Shown piece by piece: positions 55,493 to 64,000 of a stretch of 64,000 bases of DNA (position 1 is its first letter; each line of letters opens with the position of its first letter). Source of the DNA: a virus; the IMG/VR virus record IMGVR_UViG_3300032069_000007, positions 16,288 to 80,287 of that record; one strand, written 5' to 3'. The notes below the pieces were generated by a model. That model made no database searches. It was not told the origin of the DNA and saw only the letters and a list, made by a program, of their open reading frames with translations. The translations under genes and the position numbers were made by a program.

Positions 55493-55775
55493 GGGGTTCA
55501 GAGCGAGAAGTGCGCGCACCTTGTGCGCGTGCGTTAACCGCGCCGCGAAGCAGACGGTCGCTGGCGGCCTCTGCAGGGTCACGGCGGAGGCCTGTCCACT
55601 CGACAGCCTGCTCTCCGCACTGAACGGGGTTGGGGGTTGGAGCTATATCGAGGCGGTGCAGAACGAGACAGGTTGCGCCATCACCGCTCGCAAGGTAGAC
55701 ACGCGCTCGACCGCCCCTTCCGGCCACGTCACGACCTACAACCTGCCCGCCAAGTGTGTGGGCCTCGACCACTGA
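55452..55775 (+). CDS. Small tail protein
   Basis: Fills the gap between tape measure and tail-tip genes; start uncertain. Confidence 0.45.
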   Translation: MSLRGGCRSRVEAKGFRARSARTLCACVNRAAKQTVAGGLCRVTAEACPLDSLLSALNGVGGWSYIEAVQNETGCAITARKVDTRSTAPSGHVTTYNLPAKCVGLDH

Positions 55776-55783
55776 GGTAACGA

Positions 55784-58159
55784 ATGCCATTGCAAGGAAA
55801 ACGCTGGCTACCCAAAGCCCAGGTGACCGTGGCGGATCTGCACGTGGGGTTCGGCCTCTGTGAGCAACCGGGGTACGCCAAGACGGATAAGGTGGCAGAC
55901 CTCGGACTGATGAACGTATATGAGTCTGAGGCGATGTCCTACAACAACGTCCTAGACTGCATCCATGCAAATCCCGCGTTCCCGATACTTCCCCACCATA
56001 ACCTGATAGACTGCGACACTCTGGAGCAGCGGTGGCCGTCGGTCGCGGTGCCGTCGCTTGAGGCTCCGGCTTATCCGTGTGTTCCACTTCACGTGATCCT
56101 ACGGTCCGAGACGACAGAGGTGACGAACCCGCAATTCGACCGGTTCGAGTACCACGGCGTCCACGCGATGTTGGCGCACGGTGCCCGCAACGACCCGAAG
56201 GGGCTGAACCTGGTGGTCGGAAGCAAATACAAGCTCGATACGCAGGGGTTCACGGTTCTGAAACGCCATGTCATAGGTGACAGCAAGAACATCGGACCGC
56301 GGTTCATAGTCCAACTCGACTGCAACGACGGCGGCGAGCAGCAGATCGAGGTGCGATTCACGATGCAGAAGGGCATCGAGGTCTATCGGCTTGACGTCGC
56401 GGCAAGCAAGGCCTATCTTGTCGGCCGCCTCCGGTCCAGCGACAGCCAGGAACGAACCGTGGCATTCGAGGCACAGAGAGACGAGGACAGGGGCTGGGAA
56501 TGGCAGCACCTGAAGTCGGTAGATCAAACGGGCCTCTCGCTGATGCTGCTGAACGGCGTTCTCCTGATCTGGATGCACGGGGATCTCACGCCTCTTGCGG
56601 TGTCGCTTGTTGACCGCGCAACTGGACTCACCACGGTGACAAAGTTCTCGGCAATCAGGCTCTACGTCCACGGCGGCAGGTATCTCTACACGAGCATTCA
56701 CCCGGTCAAATTCGCCACGACCGCTTATATGATAGGGCCGGAACACAACACGGGGTTCATGCGCAGCGCCGCGACGCCAATCCGGTACATCTACAGTCGG
56801 CACCTGAATGGCGGAGAGGTCACGATCGAGGACGCGCTTGAGATTCGCACAACCTTCCGCTACAAACTCACCATCGCGAACCCGGAAGAAGGCCGGATCA
56901 CTCTCAAAGATGAGAATGGTAACGACGTGGTGACGCCCTACGCCTCGAAAACGGCGACCGTCGAGTCTGTGACGCCGGTGATATCGCCCCTCTTCCTGCA
57001 TCCCGGAGGCTCGGGCGTTGTGTACGACGGTCCCTATAGCCCCAGAGCAATCCGGTTGGGCATGCAGTTCGACTGGAATAATCTCACGATCTACACACAG
57101 GGAAACCTGACGTTCCCGAACCGGCACGGCGAGTGGCAGGCAGGTTGGCCGTCGGATCACGGGTACGGGCATCGAGCAATGGCGATAGACCTGGGATGGC
57201 TGGAGACCACGACCCGGCAGTGGGGCCTCCAGCGTCAGCTCACCGGCATAGCCGGAGGCGAGATCGCCTGGGATCGGAAGGAAGCACCGGAGTCGGTCGT
57301 AAGCGTCTCGGTTGAGGATCTCTCCAAGATTCCTCGCGAATACCTGCTGATGAATGTTCCGTGGATGGACGGCTGGTGCCACTATTACGCCATACGCTTC
57401 CTTGCTCGGCTCGCAGGTCTCACCGATGAAGCGATGGACTTCCCGTACTGCGACTCGCCGGACTGCTCGAATGCCGACCACTACCATCTGCCGATGGGCG
57501 AGGGCGGCAAGCCGCTGATGTACTTTCCCCCCGGCACACCGGCCTGGGCCGCGATGCTGGAAATCAGAAAGCTCGTCGGGTACGTGATGTACTTCGACGC
57601 TATGGGCAAACTTCGGTATTACCCGTGGGTGCGGACATCGCCTGGGCCCTTCAAACGCATCTACCGGGAGGTCTACACTCCCGCCGAGGGCAACACGGGC
57701 GAGATAAGACATTTCGCGTATCGGCGATCCACAGCCACCATCCGGAATACGTTCACGATTCTCGGAGTCGACGCCTACGCACCACTCTGGCGGCCCGTAA
57801 TCGCCCATCGCGGCGATTGGGATAGCATCTACAACCCCAGCGCACCCAATTACGTCGGCTTCCGGAAGCCCTTCGCCTGGTCGGACTCACGGTTTACCAA
57901 CCTGGACTACGCGAGCGAAGCGGCCGATCGCATGTTTGCCCTGTTGCGTCTCCCGAGCGAAGAGGTGAGCTTCGAGCTCGCGCTTGGCGACCCGGAGATA
58001 TTCCCGCTCGACGTGATCGGGATCGATGAGAGAAAGACCCCCGCCGGAGTGGGGCACCCGGCAAGGGCGTTCTTCGTAACAGCCGTGCAACACGACATGG
58101 AGATGGGGATGCAGCAGTCGCGTTACACAAGCGTTGTCAACGGGAGGTGGATCGTCTGA
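55784..58159 (+). CDS. Tail tip / baseplate hub-like protein
   Basis: GAGG SD; MYFDAMGKLRY; position. Confidence 0.7.
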   Translation: MPLQGKRWLPKAQVTVADLHVGFGLCEQPGYAKTDKVADLGLMNVYESEAMSYNNVLDCIHANPAFPILPHHNLIDCDTLEQRWPSVAVPSLEAPAYPCVPLHVILRSETTEVTNPQFDRFEYHGVHAMLAHGARNDPKGLNLVVGSKYKLDTQGFTVLKRHVIGDSKNIGPRFIVQLDCNDGGEQQIEVRFTMQKGIEVYRLDVAASKAYLVGRLRSSDSQERTVAFEAQRDEDRGWEWQHLKSVDQTGLSLMLLNGVLLIWMHGDLTPLAVSLVDRATGLTTVTKFSAIRLYVHGGRYLYTSIHPVKFATTAYMIGPEHNTGFMRSAATPIRYIYSRHLNGGEVTIEDALEIRTTFRYKLTIANPEEGRITLKDENGNDVVTPYASKTATVESVTPVISPLFLHPGGSGVVYDGPYSPRAIRLGMQFDWNNLTIYTQGNLTFPNRHGEWQAGWPSDHGYGHRAMAIDLGWLETTTRQWGLQRQLTGIAGGEIAWDRKEAPESVVSVSVEDLSKIPREYLLMNVPWMDGWCHYYAIRFLARLAGLTDEAMDFPYCDSPDCSNADHYHLPMGEGGKPLMYFPPGTPAWAAMLEIRKLVGYVMYFDAMGKLRYYPWVRTSPGPFKRIYREVYTPAEGNTGEIRHFAYRRSTATIRNTFTILGVDAYAPLWRPVIAHRGDWDSIYNPSAPNYVGFRKPFAWSDSRFTNLDYASEAADRMFALLRLPSEEVSFELALGDPEIFPLDVIGIDERKTPAGVGHPARAFFVTAVQHDMEMGMQQSRYTSVVNGRWIV

Positions 58160-60411
58160 TGGGTGAGACGGCCGTTATACATCTCCTCGTGGCGCATTCG
58201 GTCGCCGAGAAGCCGGAGGTTGACTGGGTGCCGGACATAGCCGAGGAACGGGACCGTGCCGTACTGCTGGACAAGGTCTGGATTGACCCACTGACCGGCA
58301 CACTGATGCTTGCGCCGAAGCAGATCAGGCAGTACGCGACCGTAACCGGCGATATGGCGCGACTGAGGAAGGGGGCGGGCTACACCGTGCCGACCGCTGC
58401 GGCGTGGGAAGACGCCGAAGTCGGGTTCGCTGGGAACTGGTTCCTGCTCTCGAAGGACAACCCTACTGAGGAAGTCGAAACTTCAGAGACGTACGCCGCA
58501 GACCAGGCATTCTTCGTGGCCCTGTTTCTCTTCGGCAGCGGTGGGGGCAAGGTCAGACAGGTCGCCTCGCTTAAGTTTGGTCAATACGAAGTCAAGGTGC
58601 GCTCCGACGGCTACACTGCACTTTACGAGGGTTCAACCTTCAAGGGCGCCGGCTACCTTCTGGGCGACCGCAACAAGACCTCTCCTGCCGAGGGCTATCT
58701 GCCGTGGGCCTATGGCGACCAGGCACTCTATGGCAACTGGCTGCGACTGTTGATCCTGCCCTTCAACCGTTACCAGATCGCCTTCATTCCTCTCGACAAT
58801 CTGGGCGGTGGTTGGCTCTACTCGGACACGAGCCGGGACAACAAGACCGCCTGGGGAATCACTACCGCTGGCCCGTTCAAGTTCAGTTTCCCCGATACGC
58901 AGGAGCCACAGAAGGCCCTGATCCAGGTGATGCCGATCGTCTACGAAGCGGCCGGGAGCCTCATCACCGCGACCAAAGTGCTGCCACACAAGCCAAGCAT
59001 GGCGCCGGAGAAGGTCTCTGCGTGCGACGCGCCGAATGGCACGGGCTACGAGCTCACGATCGTTGACCCGAACAATAACAATCAGGAAATCACGACCTGG
59101 AACGGGACCAAGGACAGGGTGCGGGCAAAGGTGAGCCTGACGGGGGCCTCAGGCAACACGCGCGTGACCCCGTTCTATTACCGCCCTCAGGTACGCTGGG
59201 CAGCACAGCGGACGGCCGTCGCGCCTGCAGAGATAGTATTGAATCCGCCAAAAGACTACGACAACCTCACGTTCAACGCGGGCAAGAGCGACGTGGCCGC
59301 AGAAGCGGGAAACAGCATCGCGTTCATCCCAAGGAACACCGACGCGATGAAACTGCTATCGGGCAAGTCCTATCGTGCCCTCACCGTGAAAGACCCGACC
59401 GAGGGTGAGCTCTTCTGTGGCTTCAGCGATGCGGCTGTGGATCTCGGTCGGCCGGGATCCGAAGAGGTGGTGGACATGCAGGCGCAGTCCATCGTAGCAC
59501 GGGATTTCTGGGCGCTGCTTGAGAAGACCGTGATGCCGGACGATTGGATCATGGACGGCCTCTACCACTACGACGTGATTAAGCGACTGTTCGCCCTCTC
59601 AGGCATACCCGACGACCGGATGGACGTGGACAGTGTTGGCGTAGGAGATTGGGACGGACGGTTCGATTGCGACTGGGCGTACAAGAAGGTGTGTTTTCCC
59701 GTGAAGGGGGGAATCACGGCAGCAGAGGCCGCGCGCTCGATCCGGGACAACTTCTCCAACTGGATACTGGACTGCGCGCCCGTACTTGTGCCAGGGTCGG
59801 GGAACGTCTACAAGGCACGATATAAGTCCAGCGCGGTCCCTTCGCCGCCACCCGCTCCCGTGAGAATACTGTACCGGAGTATGGTCGAGAAGGGTTGGCA
59901 GAACTGTTTCTGGGGCGACTATAGAGAATGGCACGACCCGGTGCAGGCGAACTACATCCAGGTGATCGGCGCCACCGTCCACGGCGTCACGATCGAGTCC
60001 GTCTTCGAGGACACCGCCAGCCAGAACCCTGAGACGCCAGAGGGGGATCGCGACGACTTCTGGATCGGGAAGAAAGTCCCCGTCATCAAGCGCGACGACA
60101 ATCTGAGGAGCCAGGAGATCTGCGACGCGGTTAAAGAATGCCTGAAGGCGCGCCTCTACTGTCCGCCGTACTTGACCAAGCCCCGCACGATGGCGCGCTG
60201 GACGGCGATGTGGGATGCTCTCGTTCAAGTCGGGAGTTATGTGCGCCTGGAACGAAAGGGGCTGTGGCGGGTGCTCTCGGCCTTCCCTGTGAGTCTGCCT
60301 GAGAACAAATTCGCCGACCCTGCAAAGCGGGACACAAAAGTCGATGCCAAGGCAGGGCAGCACGATTACCGGAGGGTGATGACCTATGTCGGCGAACGCG
60401 TCGGCGATTGA
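58159..60411 (+). CDS. Tail tip protein, probable paralog of the preceding gene
   Basis: TGATG coupling; MDGLYHYDVIKRLFALSG resembles MDGWCHYYAIRFLARLAG. Confidence 0.7.
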   Translation: MGETAVIHLLVAHSVAEKPEVDWVPDIAEERDRAVLLDKVWIDPLTGTLMLAPKQIRQYATVTGDMARLRKGAGYTVPTAAAWEDAEVGFAGNWFLLSKDNPTEEVETSETYAADQAFFVALFLFGSGGGKVRQVASLKFGQYEVKVRSDGYTALYEGSTFKGAGYLLGDRNKTSPAEGYLPWAYGDQALYGNWLRLLILPFNRYQIAFIPLDNLGGGWLYSDTSRDNKTAWGITTAGPFKFSFPDTQEPQKALIQVMPIVYEAAGSLITATKVLPHKPSMAPEKVSACDAPNGTGYELTIVDPNNNNQEITTWNGTKDRVRAKVSLTGASGNTRVTPFYYRPQVRWAAQRTAVAPAEIVLNPPKDYDNLTFNAGKSDVAAEAGNSIAFIPRNTDAMKLLSGKSYRALTVKDPTEGELFCGFSDAAVDLGRPGSEEVVDMQAQSIVARDFWALLEKTVMPDDWIMDGLYHYDVIKRLFALSGIPDDRMDVDSVGVGDWDGRFDCDWAYKKVCFPVKGGITAAEAARSIRDNFSNWILDCAPVLVPGSGNVYKARYKSSAVPSPPPAPVRILYRSMVEKGWQNCFWGDYREWHDPVQANYIQVIGATVHGVTIESVFEDTASQNPETPEGDRDDFWIGKKVPVIKRDDNLRSQEICDAVKECLKARLYCPPYLTKPRTMARWTAMWDALVQVGSYVRLERKGLWRVLSAFPVSLPENKFADPAKRDTKVDAKAGQHDYRRVMTYVGERVGD

Positions 60412-60700
60412 CCCGATTGAGGTGTATTCCTGCGAGGCCGGTAAACATCATGAATTGCCGGGGATCGGCCCGAAGGTCTGCCCGCGCCCAAGTTGCCCCG
60501 GGTACGGAGAGATCCTGAAGCGCCTGGGCCCTCAAGTCCCCTATGGGTATTTTCTGTACCGCGCCTTCTGTCCAAATTGCGGCACGCGGGAGCTGGTAGT
60601 CACCAGTCCGGGCGAGGTCCATCAGTGCAAGGACTGCGGCTGGCCGAAGATGGAAACCTGCCGCAGCGGGAGGGCGCAGCATGCCGGCCGTACTGGTTAA
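60386..60700 (+). CDS. Small Zn-ribbon protein
   Basis: CxxxxH, CPRPSC, CPNC, CKDC; GGAGG SD. Confidence 0.6.
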   Translation: MSANASAIDPIEVYSCEAGKHHELPGIGPKVCPRPSCPGYGEILKRLGPQVPYGYFLYRAFCPNCGTRELVVTSPGEVHQCKDCGWPKMETCRSGRAQHAGRTG

Positions 60701-63700
60701 GGAAAACTGGCGCAAGAAGACGTTCACCGTAAGCGGCACGATGCACTTCCGCACCGCTTTTATCGGTGAGGATTACACGTCGGGCAGCGGTTGCCAGGTC
60801 GGCAAGAAACTGGAGATAACCTTCCCCTGGCCGCTCAACGTGAACTTCATCATCGAGCAAGCCGCAAGAACACTCTGGGAAGCGGATCACTACTCTGGCT
60901 GCAACAACCCGGAGTGCAGCGGATGCCAGGGCCAGACGACCCACACGGTACATCCGCCGCTCGGTCCGCCGTGCTTTTGCTGCCCGCCGGACCCCAATTA
61001 TCAGGCTAACGTCCACCCAATTCACCTGCACGTCGGCTGGGGCGCGATTGCAGGAGGATGGACTGGACAGTGCGACGTCGACTTCGACTGGGACTACAAC
61101 CTCGACCAGAGACCTTACGGGCCGCACTGCGTTCCGGAGGCCGCGACGCAGTACTGCGATGTGGATGATTACGAGGTCCCGTTCAGTGTCACCGTCGAGT
61201 GCTGGACTGACCTGTTCATGGAGGTTGTGCCCTACTACGACCAGGCCGGTTCAAGGTGCGAAGCCCTTCCGGGCGGCGTGTTCGAGGAAACCTACTGCGA
61301 GCACCAGGCCGACCGAAACGGGTCCTATCTGCCTGACATTCGGATGAGGTTCGGCGAGCAGATTCACCCCGAGCGACAAGAGAACGGTGATTGGGTCGGC
61401 GACGTAGCGGTTCACGCACAGATGACGGTAGGCGGCGTGACCCACACATACGAGGCGGTCGTCGAACGCCTGGCCGTTGATTGGACCGACAACACAGTCG
61501 AAATTCACGGCGAAATCGAATGCAGCGCGTATGGGTGCGCCAGTCGCCCGGTCGAGGAATACATCGTCGCGACGTGGCTCCGGAGCTTCACCGAGGCGGC
61601 TACAGGCAATGACCCGGGCATCTTCCACTACGATCACGAGCACCCGGTGTACAACGCGGCCCTCCGGGTCCACCTGGACGACAACAGGTTCGCGTTCGGG
61701 TGCCGCTACGCGCATACAACGTTGCCGGGCATTCCAGACCCGGCGCCCACGTTCACGACCGACTATTGGAACCATGCAGGCAAGATCACAACCCCTTACC
61801 ACGGAACGATCGCGGAAAGCGACGGCACTCCCGTAACGGGCGTGGACATGAAGCTGAGGCACGGGGTCAGGCCCGGCTACCAGATAGTCGGAGGCGAGGG
61901 GCAATGGAGTTGGAGTCTGCCGACGGCGACCGAAGTCTCTTTCGTTGACGGTGCAGATGTGCCCTGGAATGGCTGGTGGAAGCTCATCTCTGATGCTGTG
62001 GGAACCATCGCGGACCCGGGCGGCCCATACATCATCTTCGAGAACGTCGCGGAATACTTCGACGTCCCAGAAGAGCCGCCGGACGATAACTACGTCAGCC
62101 AGGGCCTGGTCAACATTACGAACGCAGATGCGCTCTACGACCCGTTCTACCCGCAATTCCATGACCCGCCGGAGACGATAGAGTTTGACCTCAACAACGG
62201 GGCCATCCCCGACTACACTGACTCCAGAGTGCTCCTGAAGCCGAGTCTCGCTCTTGATGTGCTCCACTGGCAGGCCGCCAGGGTGGACATTGGGCTCGAC
62301 TACGGGCAGGAATCCGATCCAATCCTGAGTTTCGACGGGAACGGTTGGACTAAGAGCAGGGAAGGCCTCGAGGTCACAAGTGACAATGGGGTGAAAGTCA
62401 CCGGCGCCCAGATCGGCGACTGGATAAGTCAATCCTTCCTGGCGACAAAGAAGCGCCTGACCGGGGCCAGATTTGCGCACCTGCACTGGCACTCGGACGC
62501 GGCTGGCGACATCACGTTCTCGGTCAACGGCAGATGGTGGCTCCTCACTGCTGATGCCGCCGGCGAGCATGAGTCCGTCATCGATCTTTGCAGGCCGAAC
62601 TATACGGAAAGTGCAGATCAGGTCCAATCAATCATCCCGATTGAGCTGCCCAAAAACCTGAATTTGCCGCCGCTTCCCCCCGGGGGAACGCACGGGACCG
62701 ACCTCGGAACGGGGTTTGGCGTCGGCAGGATAGACGAGGTGAAGTTTGAGTTCAACGTGGCGGGGACGTACATAATCAGGACGATCACCCTGTACCGGAA
62801 GACGCAAGCGGAGGGTGGCTTCATTCGCATAGACCTCAATCCACAGTCTGGATTTAACAACGCGAGGGCAACCAACCCGATCGACGGGATCCCGGGCGGA
62901 GAGCAGGGCGGCGGCGATTGTGGCCTGTACTATGCAGGCCAGCAGGATGATGGCACCCATACCTGGGAATGCTACCTCTACCGCGCCGGAATCGTGATCG
63001 TTGACGGCGCGGTGGTCGGCGAAATCGTAATCGGCGGGCCGCAGCTTACGAGCGGTTTCGTCTACGACGGCTGGACTTTCGCGATGGAGCGGATGGCCTC
63101 GGGGATATTCTGGTGTATCCCATTCGACGACTACTCAACCCCAACCGAGTCGCCAGCCGCCAACGGTATAGTGTCCCTCGTCCGCCTTGACCCTCCAAAG
63201 ATCGGGGGCAACCTGGCCGTTCCTGACACCTGCGTCGGGTACCTCGACAGGATTGCTGGCGAGCTTGCGGACCAACAAACGCTCAGCGCGACCGTCAGGT
63301 TCGATGTCGCATGCTACGCCGTCGGCTTCGGCAACGTCATCGGTTCGATCGAGAAGTGGACCAAGGGGGACATCCACGGAATAGCGTACAAGGACAACGA
63401 CCCCGGCTTCGCGCCTGGGGCCAAGGTGACTATAGTTGCTGACGGCGTAACGCAAAACGTCCAGACGAACAGCCTCGGCTACTTTCGATCTCATCCGGTC
63501 AGGGCACGCGCGCTCGACGCATCTGCCACTGTCACAGGAAAGGCCGGAACAACGGTGACAGTCTATCCGAGGAACCGGCACTACGGCCGGGCAATCCCCG
63601 TCGGGGAGGCGGGCGGGGCGGCGGGACTCGATCTCGCCATCGCGCCATTCGGGCGTATCTACAGGGTCTACACTATAGCCTCGGACGTTTACGTGGGGCA

Positions 63701-64000
63701 CTCTGACAACGGAGGCAAGAGCTGGACAGAGCAGCAGATCACAACGACTGCCGATGCCGACTCTCCCTCAATTGAATGCGACGCAACCGGCCAACTCTGG
63801 CTCCTCTACGGGCGATCGGGAGCAGTGGTCATGCGGCACTCTAACAGTGAGGGAGACACTTGGAGCGCTGAGGTGAATGTCGGGACTGGCACCCACCCGG
63901 AAATATACTTCGACCCACGAAGCGAGATTATTACCGTCTATTGGGTGGACGCGGACGCTGGTAAGATTTACGCTCGGCGACGCACCGCCTTCGGATGGAT
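60681..64000 (+). CDS. Large tail/receptor-binding protein with Asp-box (BNR) repeats (3' partial)
   Basis: GGGAGG SD, ATG 60681 (MPAVLVKENW...); frame open to the window end, so absent from the ORF track; SDNGGKSW and SNSEGDTW Asp boxes; Cys-rich N-terminus. Confidence 0.75.
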   Translation, partial: MPAVLVKENWRKKTFTVSGTMHFRTAFIGEDYTSGSGCQVGKKLEITFPWPLNVNFIIEQAARTLWEADHYSGCNNPECSGCQGQTTHTVHPPLGPPCFCCPPDPNYQANVHPIHLHVGWGAIAGGWTGQCDVDFDWDYNLDQRPYGPHCVPEAATQYCDVDDYEVPFSVTVECWTDLFMEVVPYYDQAGSRCEALPGGVFEETYCEHQADRNGSYLPDIRMRFGEQIHPERQENGDWVGDVAVHAQMTVGGVTHTYEAVVERLAVDWTDNTVEIHGEIECSAYGCASRPVEEYIVATWLRSFTEAATGNDPGIFHYDHEHPVYNAALRVHLDDNRFAFGCRYAHTTLPGIPDPAPTFTTDYWNHAGKITTPYHGTIAESDGTPVTGVDMKLRHGVRPGYQIVGGEGQWSWSLPTATEVSFVDGADVPWNGWWKLISDAVGTIADPGGPYIIFENVAEYFDVPEEPPDDNYVSQGLVNITNADALYDPFYPQFHDPPETIEFDLNNGAIPDYTDSRVLLKPSLALDVLHWQAARVDIGLDYGQESDPILSFDGNGWTKSREGLEVTSDNGVKVTGAQIGDWISQSFLATKKRLTGARFAHLHWHSDAAGDITFSVNGRWWLLTADAAGEHESVIDLCRPNYTESADQVQSIIPIELPKNLNLPPLPPGGTHGTDLGTGFGVGRIDEVKFEFNVAGTYIIRTITLYRKTQAEGGFIRIDLNPQSGFNNARATNPIDGIPGGEQGGGDCGLYYAGQQDDGTHTWECYLYRAGIVIVDGAVVGEIVIGGPQLTSGFVYDGWTFAMERMASGIFWCIPFDDYSTPTESPAANGIVSLVRLDPPKIGGNLAVPDTCVGYLDRIAGELADQQTLSATVRFDVACYAVGFGNVIGSIEKWTKGDIHGIAYKDNDPGFAPGAKVTIVADGVTQNVQTNSLGYFRSHPVRARALDASATVTGKAGTTVTVYPRNRHYGRAIPVGEAGGAAGLDLAIAPFGRIYRVYTIASDVYVGHSDNGGKSWTEQQITTTADADSPSIECDATGQLWLLYGRSGAVVMRHSNSEGDTWSAEVNVGTGTHPEIYFDPRSEIITVYWVDADAGKIYARRRTAFGW

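Noticed and set aside
63832-63851. TGCGGCACTCTAACAGTG, near-match to the late motif
   Set aside because: Lies inside a CDS and encodes MRHSNSE of an Asp box; coincidence is plausible
1-64000. Genome-wide TAG recoding
   Set aside because: Many genes end in TAG with the next gene starting immediately behind its own SD; long ORFs are intact under the standard code
1-64000. tRNA/rRNA genes, integrase or att sites
   Set aside because: None recognised by eye; a covariance-model scan would be needed to exclude them

Overview
A GC-rich tailed-phage (Caudoviricetes) late region, almost all on the + strand. In order it holds: terminase small and large subunits, a free-standing HNH gene, head-associated proteins (one a glycoside hydrolase), portal, a MuF-like protein, and a ~23-kb block (12.7-35.1 kb) of large multidomain proteins. 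That block carries ferritin-like, RelA/SpoT-like, topoisomerase IB, histidine phosphatase, pyrophosphatase-like, GHKL ATPase/HExxH and two paralogous SNF2 domains. After it come a phage sigma factor, prohead protease, scaffold, major capsid, neck, tail tube, chaperone, a lone TnpB, tape measure and tail-tip genes. Main observations: (1) Both inteins in the 2523-aa SNF2 protein lack an in-frame homing endonuclease. Each instead contains a complete endonuclease gene overlapping the still-open intein frame (an antisense HNH; a +1-frame LAGLIDADG), each with its own sigma70-type promoter. (2) A small antisense gene with its own promoter lies inside a polyprotein next to its RelA/SpoT domain (candidate antitoxin). 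(3) The large proteins are punctuated by recurring [LIVM]xK-[SAG] sites and shared short motifs, suggesting protease-processed capsid cargo. (4) A ~20-bp motif precedes five structural operons (candidate phage late promoter). All assignments come from manual motif reading; no database searches were run.
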